Part shown: positions 51,760 to 64,000 of the stretch, one piece after another
Position numbering within the stretch: the first letter of the stretch is position 1
Layout of the letters: the number at the start of each line of letters is the position of its first letter
Assembly (NCBI GenBank): GCA_010015585.1
Contig: ML975150.1
Source of the DNA: Eremomyces bilateralis CBS 781.70
Taxonomy: Eukaryota
Reading direction: 5' to 3' (one strand)
DNA length: 64,000 nucleotides
Position numbers and translations under genes: made by a program
The notes under the pieces: generated by a model
What the model was told of the DNA's origin: nothing
Seen by the model: only the letters and a program-made list of their open reading frames with translations
Databases searched by the model: none

Positions 51760-54020
51760 ATGAGCGGTTTACCCCCGCCGTTTGCGCCGGGAAGCGGTGC
51801 CAATGGCCAATCTACCGGCGGTACCTCTGGGAGCGGTGCTGGGGCTGGCAACGCTCGTCAGGTCCGCCAGCGTCCCTCGGGTGACTTCCGTCGTTCCTCC
51901 ACTGGTGGTTCTCAAGGAGCGCAGCCAGTTCCAGGTGGTCGGAATTCGACCGGTGGACTTCCAGCTCCGGTTCAACGTCCTTTTGGACCCGCGAGTCCTC
52001 CAAACAAGAGTACGTGATAATTGGGACTCGAGCATTGCGAATGAGATATCACGGTGACTAACACATATCAATCGCAGACACGAAGCATGTACCCTGCAAG
52101 TTCTTCCGTCAAGGAGCCTGCCAGGCTGGAACGGCTTGCCCATTCCTCCACACCCTCGACGTCGTTACCCCGTGCAAATATTATCAAAAGGTACGAAGTC
52201 CGGTCAAGGGTGGTTGATGTGCATGGAACAGCCGATTGACAATCACATAGGGTAATTGCAAGTTTGGGATGAAATGCGCCAATCAACATATCATGCCTGA
52301 CGGCCGAATCGCAAACCGTCCAAACTACGGAATGGGTTCCTCTCAACCTCCAGTTGCTCTCGGGAACCGCGTCGCACTCCATTCACCCACTACACCCGCA
52401 CCACCGTCATCACTCCTCACCCTTCAAGCTCAGCGCAACCAAGGTCCACCCGGCGCGATTCGACCGGGACCAAATGGGGAATACACCTACGGGCCTGCTC
52501 AGCAGTATATGGGCTCCATGGGGATTGGAGGCGATATGAACTCGTTGCTCGATCCCTCCGCACACGATCTCGGTTCCTCTCCGACCTCCATGGCCCGCAG
52601 CTACACCATCCGAGACGCCCCCCTACCTGAATCATTCGATCCGCAAGGGGTCAGCGTCATCCCCCGCACTGGTCCCATGGCAGCTAGCGTTCCCGCACAT
52701 TTCGGCATCGATCTAGCCAGTCCCCAACCCGTCGCGACTGGGAATAACAAGACCGGTTCTGGCCTCAGCTTTACCTCCGGATCGCCTGCTGCAGGTCCGC
52801 TTCGTCATGGAACTGGGATTGACGCCGTGGTCAACAGCCGGAACGTCCAAAGCACCAACCGAGGATTTCCATCCTTTGGTTCATCCCCACCTACCATCAG
52901 TGATGATCTAGCTAGCGGTCGCCGCACCATGCATTCGGATCGGTACCGGAATCTGAAGCAACCTTTCCTGTCCGCCAGCCTTGGAGCGGCCGGCTCGCGA
53001 AGTCCCATGGGGTTCGGCCCCATGAACTCCATGCGCTCGCCATCCGGATACGATGCAGCTCGGGCATCCGATGCCGACGCAGGAGAATGGGACCCCGCCA
53101 TGCAGCTGGATGAAGACCTCCTCGAACGTGACCTGAGAGCAAGCCTCGACATCGACAACAAGCCCCACAAACCTCTCACCGACCGCCGCCTCTCTCGAAA
53201 CGGTGAAGACGATGCCTTCAACATGCGACCTCTGAACGCAGCGCTCAGCTCCCCCCGCCTCGACCCATCCTCCAGCTTCCGTCCTCTCGGCCACCGCCAT
53301 TCCCTCTCCGGCCTTGGCTCCGAGAACGTCCTCGGAAGCAGCTTCGGCGCTGTCGGTACCCCGGGCAGCAAAGTCGGCAGCCCCCCCAGCGGTTTCGTCG
53401 GCAGCCCTTCGCGTTTCAGCCAGTTCTTCTCGAAATCTACCACCAAAGAGTCTTCGACCACCACGAACGGCAACACCGTCGACCCCCCTTCCAATAACGG
53501 CGCCATGCCCATCAGTAAGGCCCCGAGCAACCCCGGCCCCAGCCCCTTCGGCCACGTCGGCTCCCCGCTCCGCACAGCCAGCTTCGGCGTCGGTTCGCCC
53601 GAAGGCGATCTCAACGCGGGCTTCTCGAGAAGCCCCCCACCGCATCGAAAGAACAGCGGCTCCCTAAGCGTCCTGAGCCAGCAACTCCAACGCACGAAAC
53701 GCAGCGGCTCCACGACCGAACCCAGCGACATCGCCGAGCAGCCCCCCTCCCGAACGACTGCCGACACCGCGAGTCTTGCGCCCGCGCCCGCGCCGCCGAT
53801 GAAGCGTATCACGTCGACGTCGTCGAATATCCCGAGCCATGGCATCGCGGAGACGGAGGAGGAGGAACTATTCGAAATGGATGTGGAGGAGGGGCTGTCG
53901 CCTGGGGGTGGGAAGGCGGATGCGGAGGAGAAGGGGAGGGGGAAGCGGAGTAGTTGGCAGAAGGCGTGGGGTCAGGGGTTTGATGGCGTGGGACGTGGAT
54001 TGGGCGTCAGGGGCCGCTGA
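51760..54020 (+). CDS. Tandem CCCH zinc-finger protein (Cps3/Lee1-like)
   Basis: TKHVPCKFFRQGACQAGTACPFLH and PCKYYQK|GNCKFGMKCANQH; introns 52010-52077 and 52191-52250; long S/P-rich tail. Confidence 0.85.
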
Positions 54021-54933
54021 TTGAGGCGGGGCGGAACAAGATGTGCTCGTTGCTTAATGAACGGTGCATTGCTGGAAAAGATGAACGAGCAGACGGCGGT
54101 GCTTCGACTCGGGATTATGTTGCCATCCGGCGTTTCTACCTGTCACGGCGATGGGTGGGGAGGCGATCACTGAACATTCCCATCTCTCTTTGTGCGAATT
54201 CCCCCACTATACGCTACACCCCCTTCCTGTACTCCCCCCTTTCCCTTTGCCTCCAACCTCATGGCACAATATGCTTTCCTTTTCACTCATTTCTCCATGT
54301 CCAAAGGAAAGAGACAGTCTCAACGACGAACTTCACGGGCAGCACACAGCACATCACCACAGCACATCGCATCACCACGGCGCAGCGGCCAGCATTTTTC
54401 TTTCGCATGTTTCTCACACACACCAGCATCATTATACCCTTCTTCATACACGGGGAACCGGATCATCCCCGACGCCGAGGAGGCCGATCCGACGCAGTGC
54501 GGAACGAAAAGCACATGAACGAGGAAGAAGGGACGGATGATCGGACTAGGATAGGATGAAGGGACGGGGATTGAACGGACGGGATGGATATTGTATGATA
54601 GATGAGAAAACGAGACTACATGGATATACTCGGCAATGAAACAATCCAGATTCAGTTTGGTATTGTCGGTCGGTGGAGTAGGCTAGATTCTTGGTGCTGA
54701 ACAATCGGTGGACGGCGAGGACTATCAGGTGGATATCCAGGTGCCTGTTCGGGATTCGTGGGAAACAGTTGGGTGAATCAGTCTGGCTACCATATCCTTC
54801 ATCCTGAATTCCCTTTGCTCCATCCGATTGATATACGACATACGTAAAGTACCGTGCCCCATATCCGCCGATTGGGGTTTGGTGGGCAGTGGGCACGCAT
54901 CGGATTGCCATATCCAGCTAGTGAGGGGTGTTA

Positions 54934-55540
54934 AGATAAGGGCGGGGATAGCGCAGAACCACAGTACGACTCCGGACTAACTAGAACCCATCCAGTTCGC
55001 ATTGAATTGGAGGGCATTGCAGCAATCAAAGCACGATTGTCCTAGAATTTGAATCGTAAGGGCGAGGTGGAAGTCATTACTATAGTCAACTACATAGAAA
55101 TAACCTGGCCCAATCAAAAAGCCCACCTTCCCTCAAATGATCACGATGACCGGTTCTCGCAGGATCTCCTCGCAGGAAATCCGAGACAGAGATAAGTAAT
55201 CTGACGCTTATGTTGCCTAGACGCCTAGGATATTCCCCTTATACAGAAACGGTACACTATATCCGACAAGGAGGAGACCATGATCCATGGAGGCGTTCCG
55301 GACCCCTCACCCTGCAGTTACTACGTCCCTAGAACCAGCAACCATTGTCCAATCGCCACGAACGTGGGTGGTGATGAAGGTGAGATTCTCAAATACACCG
55401 AACTGATACCACGCGTAATCGGTTGCCGTTTGTGTATTGATAGATACGCTGATGGACGAGTTGCTTGTTGGATGAGGGGGCAATTCTGTACTACTGGCTA
55501 GCATCGGTACTATATATAACGGGAGGCGAACTCCCTTATC
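54934..55540 (+). promoter_or_regulatory. Amine oxidase promoter: TATA-like box and HGATAR (GATA-factor) sites
   Basis: TATATATAA at 55511; AGATAA at 54934 and 55190; TTATCG at ~55536. Confidence 0.3.
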
Positions 55541-55617
55541 GTCACCTCTACGTCCTCATTGTCCCCGAACTTCATCTCCTATTGAATCTTCAAGTCATTC
55601 CCGCAAACGATCTCACT

Positions 55618-57768
55618 ATGTCTCCTCCAGCAGCCACCGAGATCAATGGCTCCTCGCCCCCCATCCGCTCCAAACCTTCCTCCACCCCTCACCCCCTCTC
55701 CCCCCTCAGCGCTGCCGAGATCCAATCCGCCGCCTCCCTCATCCACGCCCTCTTCCCCGCCACTGTCGACCTCCACTTCAAAACCATCACCCTCCACGAG
55801 CCCCCCAAAGCCTCTGTCCTCCCCTTCCTCGCCGCCGAACGCTCCGGCGACCCCACCCCCTCCCTCCCCCGCCACGCCTTCGTCAACTACTACATCCGCA
55901 ACACCAACCGCCTCCATGAAGCCATCGTCGAACTCTCCTCCGCCTCCGTCGTCCAGAACAAACTCCTCCCGAAAAATTACCATGCCCCCGCCGATAGCGA
56001 GGAGCTCATCGACCTCGAGAAGATCGCGTTGGCGGATCCGTCCGTGCAGGCGGCGATCGCGAAGCTGCAGCTGCCCGAGGGCACGGTGGTGGTGCTGGAC
56101 CCATGGATCTACGGCAGCGACGGGGTGGACGACGACGAGCGGATGCACCAGTGTCTAATGTACATGCGCGACCCTTCGAACAGCGAGGAGGTGGACTCGA
56201 ATTACTATGCGCTGCCGCTGCCAATCTCGCCGGTGATGAGCGCGGTGGATCACCGGGTGGTGCGGGTGGATGTGGTGCCGACGGGGAGGGATAATGCGAT
56301 CAAGGAGCTGGGGAAGACCACGGTGTATCCGGCGAATGAGTACTTGCCGGAGTATCAGACGCTAAGGACGGATTTGAAGCCGTTGCAGATGGTGCAGCCG
56401 GAGGGGGCGAGTTTTACGGTGACGGAGGCGGGGGAGACGAGCGTGTTAGAGTGGCAGAAGTGGAGGATGAGGGTGGGGTTCAATATGAGAGAGGGTCCGG
56501 TTCTGCATGATGTAGGTGCACCCCTTTGTGGTAGGAGGAATTTACTGACTCTCTAGATTTCGTACGAGGGTCGACCGCTCTTCTACAGAGTGGCACTGGC
56601 GGAGATGAACGTCCCCTATGCGGATCCACGAAGCCCTTTCCACCGGAAGTCGGCCTTTGATTTGGGTGATGTTGGAGCGGGTCTTATGGCGAACAACCTC
56701 AAGCTCGGATGTGACTGTCTCGGATCCATCCACTACCTCAACTCCGTGTTGTCCGACACCAAAGGCAAACCACTGCCCATGGAGAATGTGATCTGCATCC
56801 ACGAGCAAGACGGCGGCATCGGCTGGAAGCACACCAACTTCCGCACCGGCCGCGCCGCCGTCGTTCGCCAGCGCCAGCTGGTCGTCCAAACCATCATGAC
56901 CGTCGCGAACTACGAGTACATCGTCGCCTTCATCTTCAACCAAGCCGGCGAATTCACCTTTGAGGTCCGCGCCACCGGCATCCTCAGCACCCAGCCCATC
57001 GACGAAGGCCTCTCCGTCCCCTGGGGCACCGTCGTCCACCCCGGCGTCCTCGCCGTCCATCACCAGCACATCTTCTCCCTACGCGTCGACCCGCACCTCG
57101 ACGGGCAGAGCAACCGCGTTGTCTACGATGAGGCGTCCCCGATGCCCAAATCCGACTTCAACCCGCACGGTAACGGGTACGAGGTGCATACGACGCCGAT
57201 CACGCAGTCGGGCGGCTACGATCTCGACCCGCTACGCAACCGGCTCTTCAAGATCCAGAATGCCGGCGTCAAGAACCCGATCAACGGCCTCCCCGTTGCC
57301 TACAAGATCGTGCCGCCGCCGTTCCAGTTCACGCTCTCGGACCCCTCGTCCTTCAACCACAAGCGCGCCGAGTTCTCCGATCACAACATCTACGTCGTCA
57401 AGTACGTCGACCACGAGCTGTACCCGGGGGGTCAGTATACCAACCAATCGCGCGGCGGCACCGGCGTGCGCAGCTGGGCAAATCGGAAGGAGAACGTGCT
57501 CGACGAGGATCTGGTGGTGTACGTGCAGATGGGGATCAACCACGTGCCGCGCATCGAGGATTTCCCGGTGATGCCGGTGGAGACCCTGCAGTGCCATTTC
57601 AAGCCGGTGAATTTCTTCACGAAGAACCCCGCGATGGATGTGCCGCCGAGTGAGCAGCGGTTCAATCAGAGTACGCTGGTGAGTGCGCAGCATTGTCAGC
57701 CGGGGGTGGAGGGGGTGGTGACGGCGGAGGGGACGGTGGAGACGAATGGGAGTGCGTGCTGTAATTGA
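55618..57768 (+). CDS. Copper amine oxidase
   Basis: HPLSPLS, WQKW, VPYADP..AFDLG, LGCDCLG, TVANYEY (TPQ site), HQH and later GINH copper ligands; intron ~56512-56557. Confidence 0.95.
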
Positions 57769-59210
57769 CGGGGGAGATGGATTGTAGATTTTGGTGACAT
57801 GATTGCGTATATGAGATATCCTAGGGATTTAGTCATGATTTAGATTAACCAAATGGTTCAGCAGTTAGCATCATTTGTCAGTGTCATGAATCGACTTCAC
57901 CCCTGATGGACAAAGTATGACTCACTTGGTTCTGTATATAAAGCAGAGGCTGCACAACTACTACTCCCAGTGTCGCGTATCGATACATGATTGGAACTGC
58001 GTCGAAATCTAACGCAGCCATTCTGAATCAGCGACAGACAGCGAACGTATCGATACCTCGTTGGCGGAACCCAACAGTGATAGGCGTCCACGATGTGCTT
58101 CTTTGACTCCAATGAAACTAATGGACTCAGAGACTGGAACGATGAAGATTGTCCGTTTTCGATCGAGTACGGGTAACGGTAAACTAAATGAAGCATGTGA
58201 TTAAGTACCTGTAGGTCAAGGCCGTCCTTGGTCCGAGTATAACGCTGTTATAGCGTTATCGGAATACTATTAGCATGTTCGCCTAACAACTAGCATGTCA
58301 TTCCATATAACGACTGATGATACAGCAGCTGGCACCGCCGACAACTGTGTCCCCGACTCCAGAATAGCAGCATCAGTCGGTGAGCTCGACGTATCTGACT
58401 GTAAGAATTCTATCCCCTATAGTAACCACACTGACGCGTATTGTTCTGAGTATATGAGTCCTCTGGCAGCGGTTTCTCCTATAAGACCAGGCCGTTAGTG
58501 TTCTATGAACAGAAAACAAACATCCTTTTTCGGCTCTTTACAAATTTGAAAGACATCTTATTCAATCGACAGTCAGCTTAGTCGCATTCAGTGCTTGAAG
58601 GAACAATGTTCGCTCTAGGACCGCAGAAGGAGACGCGATATACCGCTTCAACGATCTAGTCGAAATTGGAACACAACACTGGTATCCGCAGACATCCTTG
58701 CCTGGTATAAGTACCATACGCACCGTCAGGACAAATATCAAGGGACTGGTAGAAAAAAGGGACTGCACGAAGCGTTATTGCATGACCTCCGAGTCGTACA
58801 GGCCTCTGAAATCATCAGTACAGATACCAGGCCAAATGAATCGGGGCCAAAGGGACCAGTGCTAGGTAATAGGACCACGCCAGGCAAAGAGGAGAGGCTA
58901 TTGTGGAGCATCCACTTCCGAAACCTGTATATGCCACGACGCCCACCTTTTACTATCTCGGCGAATGAAGAAGTTCGGTGTTCAATAAGAGATACAATCC
59001 CGTGGCTTACGAGGGCCGGCAGAATATGGCCCTTCTATTCAGCGGCCCCTCCTACGTTTTATATATCCCGCAGCATCCGACTGTATTTATCTTCCCAGTG
59101 CTGACCTTTAGATATACGACTTGAGGGATGGACTCGGAGAGATATCACGGGACTGAATGAATTAAATAGTCGCATTCTGAGGACAACAGATAGCCATATG
59201 AAGACGCATT

Positions 59211-60280
59211 CTATTTATTCGCTAGCACGTACCGGTATCTCGCCTTTCCTTTAACCATATCTTGTACGACTTGGTTTGCTTCAGCCAGTTGCCGAACATC
59301 AGCCCATGGTGTGAGATTTTCTTTGGCCGCGAACTCCAACATCTTCCTCGCTGTGCTCCGTGATCCAATCAGGCTGCCCCCCAGTTTGAGATTCTTTGAT
59401 AGTGGCGCAAAGGCCGAGAATTATGGAATCGGACCCGCCGGTGCGCCGACTTGAACCATTGTACCGTTCACATCCAAGAGGGCTAGATATTCTTCCAACC
59501 GCATGCCTGGACCTGAGACGGTTGATATGACGAGGTCCAATGAATCAGCATGTTTCTTTGACCACCCTTCTTCCTCTTCCGTTGCGATGTATTGGTCGGC
59601 CCCTATCTTCAGAGTATTCGCTCGCTTGCTTGAGGACCGCAATATCGCAACAACCTTATCTCATTTGAGAGCTTTTGCGAATAGGATGGCAAAGTGGCCC
59701 AATCCTCCAACTCCAACCACGCCAACACGTTTGCCTGGCCCAGCTCCGTTTTCAATAAAGGCGAGTACACTGTCAAGCCGGCGCATAGCATTGGGGCTGC
59801 TGCTCCCGAAGCCAGTCCGTCCGGTATGTGAAATGCGAAAGCTGCGGGACCCCGCCAGTATTTCGCGTATCCTCCGTACGACTTCTGTCCATCCATGTAC
59901 GTCGAATCGTAGGTTGCGACGAAGTCGATCTTGCAGTGGTTCTCCAAGTCCGCCGAGCATCTTTCACAGTCGGCTCGAAGGCAGGCATTGCACTGCACAC
60001 CGACACCGATCCTATCGCCAACTTTAATATCACGCACTGCTTCCCCAACGCGGATGACATGTCCAACAATTTCATGACCCACAACAATAGGGTAGTCGGT
60101 GGGGTTTCACCCTGAGCGGAGAGAACTAATGTCGCTACCACAAACGCCGCAGTGACTGATTGCAATGTCGATGTCCGTATCCGTAAAAGGTTTTGGCTCA
60201 TAGGACTCCCACTTCATATGACCATCAACTGAAGAGGCATCGTGAGCGACCTAGACTTCGAAAGAGTAGTTTGAGTTCAT
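59211..60280 (-). pseudogene. NADP-dependent (cinnamyl-type) zinc alcohol dehydrogenase pseudogene
   Basis: CGVCGSD, GHE, APMLCAG, GVGGLGH and RYRYVL motifs; stops at 60251-60253 (TAG), 60107-60109 (TGA) and 59661-59663 (TGA); frameshift near 59755. Confidence 0.9.
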
Positions 60281-61284
60281 AATGTCAGTGTAGTGATGGT
60301 GACTGTGATGATGATAGAGGGATAGACTCAAGGTTTGCCCGGTCAAGACTTATGATGGCCACTTACTACGAATGGTGTACGTGAAGATGATATCATCCTC
60401 TGCCTAATGAAATGGCATTCCTTCTCTCCGCCGAATCGAGGTACGGATTGCATAAGAGGTAAGTTACCTACATCATCATACACAGCTTGAAAGTGCTTTG
60501 GCCGGATGATCGGGACCAGCTCAGCGACTGAACCGTTCCGTTGAGCCTTAAAAGTGCCCGCCTGCAGGCCAGATCTCGCAACTCTAACCAACTCTCAAAC
60601 CTAGCCATGAGCCTCCCAGATCCAGGCGACGACCTAGTCCATCCGTCGAACATCTATTTTAACTAGATTAAGTTGTGAACTAGAAGTTTGGCTGGGGTGT
60701 GAGTCGGTAGATTTATCTGACCCTCAGGGATGGCTCCTGTGTCTGCGAGGAGAGCTCTGGCACGTGATATCACCCTGTTACATAATCATGCATCTTATCC
60801 TGTCGTCCACACATCAGATGACACAGAATCCTGATACGGAATCCTGAACGACGATCATGATCCAGTTGGAACTGTCCGACAGCAACTTGGTTATCGTCTT
60901 TTCATTGCCTTACTTCCGTAGAAAAGTGCTGTATAAATCCCATCACGAATTAACGACTTGACGACGAATGTTTACGGCTTCTTTCGGCGGTTCACCATCA
61001 GGGATACGAACCGGGATCCGCGCTATTGGCCCAGCCTCACGCCTTTTTCAGCTAGCAACGACACCAGCGTGCAGTCTCCAATTGCGAATCGTCCTTAGTT
61101 TTGCCACAACAACCCTCAGTGGAGTATCCCCATAACTAACCCGCTTTGTTGGAGAGCTCATCGCGACGAAGTTTGGTTCGCAGTACCAGTTCCTGACATG
61201 ATCCCTTAAACCCTATGTTTACTGTTTATTGCACCGCGCACTCCATCTGTTTGCCGCTGAGCAACGAAGCTCTCGCCCAACACC

Positions 61285-64000
61285 ATGTGGAGCAAGCTCA
61301 CCGGAAAGTCCTCCGACACGTCGCATGATGGTCGGAGGCGGGAGCGCGATCGCGAGAGAGAGAAAGATAAAACACGAGAGAAAGATAGAGACTGGGAGGA
61401 TGTGCCATCGTCTTCGAAACGGAGGACTGAGTCCGTGGTTACCTCATCGACGAGCAGGAAACCTGCGACGACAACGGAAGGTTGGACGAGACCTCGCGAG
61501 CCTAGTCACCGGAATTCATACCCTCCTCCGGCGCCTTCATCCGTATCCGTATCATCGTATGCAACAGCGAGAACGGGCCGGTTAGAGAGAGCAAGCACAA
61601 TGGATGATTATGTTTTGGATGCGAGAGATGACTCTGCACGATACGACAGAAGCGAAACAGGCGAGGTGCGACGATCGTCGAAGTCTGACAAACATCGGGA
61701 GCGATCGACCAGCCACGATCGCAAGAAGAGCTCGAAGAGCAGAGATCGGTCACGAAGTCGAGATAGAGAGGGGAAGCGGAGTAAAGATGACGAGAAGGAG
61801 AAGCGGCGGGATAAGAAGGAAAAGAGCGAATCTAATGGCGAGAAGAAAAGAAGCAAACGAGATTCGGAAGGTTCGAGATATGCCGGCTCTCGTGCTCCCA
61901 GCATCGTTAGCCCACGAGAAGATGATGCTCCTTCAACTTCCAGGGCTGGCTTCAGCGCGCAAGTCGGAGGTGCCGGTTTCTCGCAATTCCCTGGCCAAGT
62001 TGGCGCATCAACCAGCCCCGGCCCAATCGGTCGACCGTCCTCGACTTCATACGGAGAGATGCAACACGTCTCCTCGCAATTCCCCGGCCAGGATCCTGCG
62101 ACTTTCGCCGGACCACCGCTCCGTCCGCTGATCGCCGCATCCGAAGGAGGCCCAGGACTTGCCGCCGATTTCTACGGCGATGGCGGCGAATCCGTTCTCC
62201 GTCAACCCGGCGTTCGACCACACACTCCAGTTGTTACCGGCGCCCAGCCGCATTTGATGTCGGCGTCAGCTGTTCCAACGCCTGCGGAAGATACTGGGCA
62301 GGGAACTGCTGCGGATTACTACACGGAGCATGCAGCGGGCATGGAGGGCGCATCGAGTGCCTGGTCACAACAACACGCCAACCTACCAAGTGGACCGGAG
62401 AACGTTGTGAAGCCTGGAAAGCCTGGCAAGCCAGGCAAGAATGGCAAGCACTCATCTGCTGGCACCGCAGCAGCATTGGCTGGAGGCGCAGCCCTGGGTT
62501 ATGGATTGGGACATGGTGGACACTCGAATGGCTCAACGCAAGCTGGCGCTTTATACCAACAAGGGGCCAATTCGTCCATGTCGACAGTCATTCCTGCTGG
62601 ATCTTTGTCTGGCAAGCCTAGCAAGAACGGCAAGAATGGAAAGAAACCTTCGCGAAGAGACAGTTCTTCTTCGGACGACCACTCGAACCTCCCTGCCTAT
62701 GCGGCTGGTGCAGCTGGTCTAGCTGCTGGTGCGTATGCGCTGGGCCACCATCACAACGGATCAACCTCACCACGCTTTTCCCCCGCTCCACCGCCCGGAT
62801 CGTACATGTCTGGGGGTGCAGGTCCACCTGGGTCGCTCGGTCCGTCAGGATATGCGGCGGGGATGGGCGGCGGGGCGATGGCGTTTCAACATCACATGGA
62901 GCATCATCAGCGGCACCATGGTCCGATAGGCAAGTTGGTCGAATGGTGGAAAGATTACGAAGACATCGCGAAGATGGAAGCATATACCGAATACATTGGT
63001 GTCTGTCGATATTGCTTTGACCCTCATAGTAGCCCTGCGGATGCGCCACGCAAACATAATTCCGCAAAACGACGCAGGTCGAGAGAATTCGGTGGAAGAG
63101 TGGATAAAGACCAGCGCTACTACACGGCGGGTTCCAGCAAGATCAGTCTGTCCGGCTCGGATAGCGATTCCAGAAAGCGCAAGAAGAAGACCAGCAAGGC
63201 AGGTGTTCTCGCTACTGGACTCGGCGCATATGGTCTCGCGAAGGCCGCCAAGGGCATCTGGAACAACCAGGACTTCGATGATACATACTCCGTCAAATCA
63301 GGCAAATACATCGGAAACGATCCGCGATATGACAGCCGTCATCGAAGTCGCAGCCGAGACCGTCAATCCCGCGTGGACACCGGCATCACGCACAATGGAA
63401 AAGCATACAAAGTCCGACACGATCGGCATCGTTCGCGATCTCGGTCTAGGTCTCGCGACCGGACGAGTGGGATACTCGGTGCCGCTGCTGGGGCAGCCGC
63501 AGGTGCGACCTTTTTGGGAGCATCGTCCTCTTCGAAACATCGACATGCTTCGCGGAGCCCTGCGAGGAAGGAGCACGTGCAGGTGCGTCGACGCCATAAG
63601 AGCCGGAGTCGCAGTCGAAGCCCGAATAAGCTGGCAGCCATTGGCGTGAGCCATCCGCGGCACGGTCACAGCGGCTATTCTCTTGCATCTTCATCTCGGT
63701 CGCACGGCGAGCATCGAAAATCTCCAAAGGGAAAGAACGCCGGACTTGCTGCGCTTGGTCTTGGAATGCTAGGTGCCTCTGCTGCGTCGAGTTCAGGACG
63801 GAAGAAGTCGAAGGCAAAGAAGAAGAAGAAGACGAAAACTGGTTTCTTCAACTTCGGCAACGGCTCCAACTCCTCCGAATCGTCCGACGACGGCCTTATT
63901 TACGGTTCCAAGCTCGACCTCAGTCGCCACTCTAGCAACCGATCCTCCAAAGGCCGCAAAGCCAAGCGCAAGTCCTCCCATGAAAACCTCAACGCCACTC
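61285..64000 (+). CDS. lah: 5' part of a very large low-complexity protein, probable Woronin-body tether leashin (involucrin-repeat protein)
   Basis: Frame open from ATG 61285 (MWSKLTGK..) to the window end, which is why it is absent from the ORF track. Contains FSQFPGQ, GLAADFYGDGGESV..QPGVR and GPIGKLVEWWKD...EAYTEYIGVCRYCFDP..APRKH, which I recall from leashin N-termini. Confidence 0.65.
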   Translation, partial: MWSKLTGKSSDTSHDGRRRERDREREKDKTREKDRDWEDVPSSSKRRTESVVTSSTSRKPATTTEGWTRPREPSHRNSYPPPAPSSVSVSSYATARTGRLERASTMDDYVLDARDDSARYDRSETGEVRRSSKSDKHRERSTSHDRKKSSKSRDRSRSRDREGKRSKDDEKEKRRDKKEKSESNGEKKRSKRDSEGSRYAGSRAPSIVSPREDDAPSTSRAGFSAQVGGAGFSQFPGQVGASTSPGPIGRPSSTSYGEMQHVSSQFPGQDPATFAGPPLRPLIAASEGGPGLAADFYGDGGESVLRQPGVRPHTPVVTGAQPHLMSASAVPTPAEDTGQGTAADYYTEHAAGMEGASSAWSQQHANLPSGPENVVKPGKPGKPGKNGKHSSAGTAAALAGGAALGYGLGHGGHSNGSTQAGALYQQGANSSMSTVIPAGSLSGKPSKNGKNGKKPSRRDSSSSDDHSNLPAYAAGAAGLAAGAYALGHHHNGSTSPRFSPAPPPGSYMSGGAGPPGSLGPSGYAAGMGGGAMAFQHHMEHHQRHHGPIGKLVEWWKDYEDIAKMEAYTEYIGVCRYCFDPHSSPADAPRKHNSAKRRRSREFGGRVDKDQRYYTAGSSKISLSGSDSDSRKRKKKTSKAGVLATGLGAYGLAKAAKGIWNNQDFDDTYSVKSGKYIGNDPRYDSRHRSRSRDRQSRVDTGITHNGKAYKVRHDRHRSRSRSRSRDRTSGILGAAAGAAAGATFLGASSSSKHRHASRSPARKEHVQVRRRHKSRSRSRSPNKLAAIGVSHPRHGHSGYSLASSSRSHGEHRKSPKGKNAGLAALGLGMLGASAASSSGRKKSKAKKKKKTKTGFFNFGNGSNSSESSDDGLIYGSKLDLSRHSSNRSSKGRKAKRKSSHENLNAT

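Noticed and set aside
58233..58262. Small inverted repeat ATAACGCT-N5-AGCGTTAT
   Set aside because: An isolated 8-bp stem, likely by chance in 64 kb.
1..64000. tRNA or rRNA genes
   Set aside because: None recognised by eye; tRNAscan-SE/Infernal would be needed to exclude them.

Overview
Filamentous ascomycete (Pezizomycotina-type) nuclear DNA with short GT-AG introns and CTAAC/CTGAC branch sites. It has two compartments. (i) An accessory block at 1-~20 kb contains a complete 7,370-bp DNA transposon (30-bp TIRs beginning CAGTAG, CAACGG-type subterminal repeats, a spliced orphan ORF1 and a CMC/EnSpm-Plavaka-like DDE transposase with one in-frame TAG). It also has two fungal NLRs head-to-head only ~110-240 bp apart (a NACHT-WD40 gene lacking the N-terminus and P-loop but otherwise open, and an intact ~2,200-aa NACHT-ankyrin gene), a reductase-domain fragment and a kinase pseudogene. 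(ii) An apparent core block at 20-64 kb contains RNA15/CstF-64, an AT-hook protein spanning a 275-N gap, MTC1, a UPF0390 small protein, a Pil1/Lsp1-family gene, three consecutive Myb-like genes separated by ~6-kb spacers, a membrane protein, a CCCH zinc-finger protein, a copper amine oxidase, a dead NADP-alcohol dehydrogenase and the 5' part of a probable leashin gene. All family calls come from reading motifs by eye; no database search was run.
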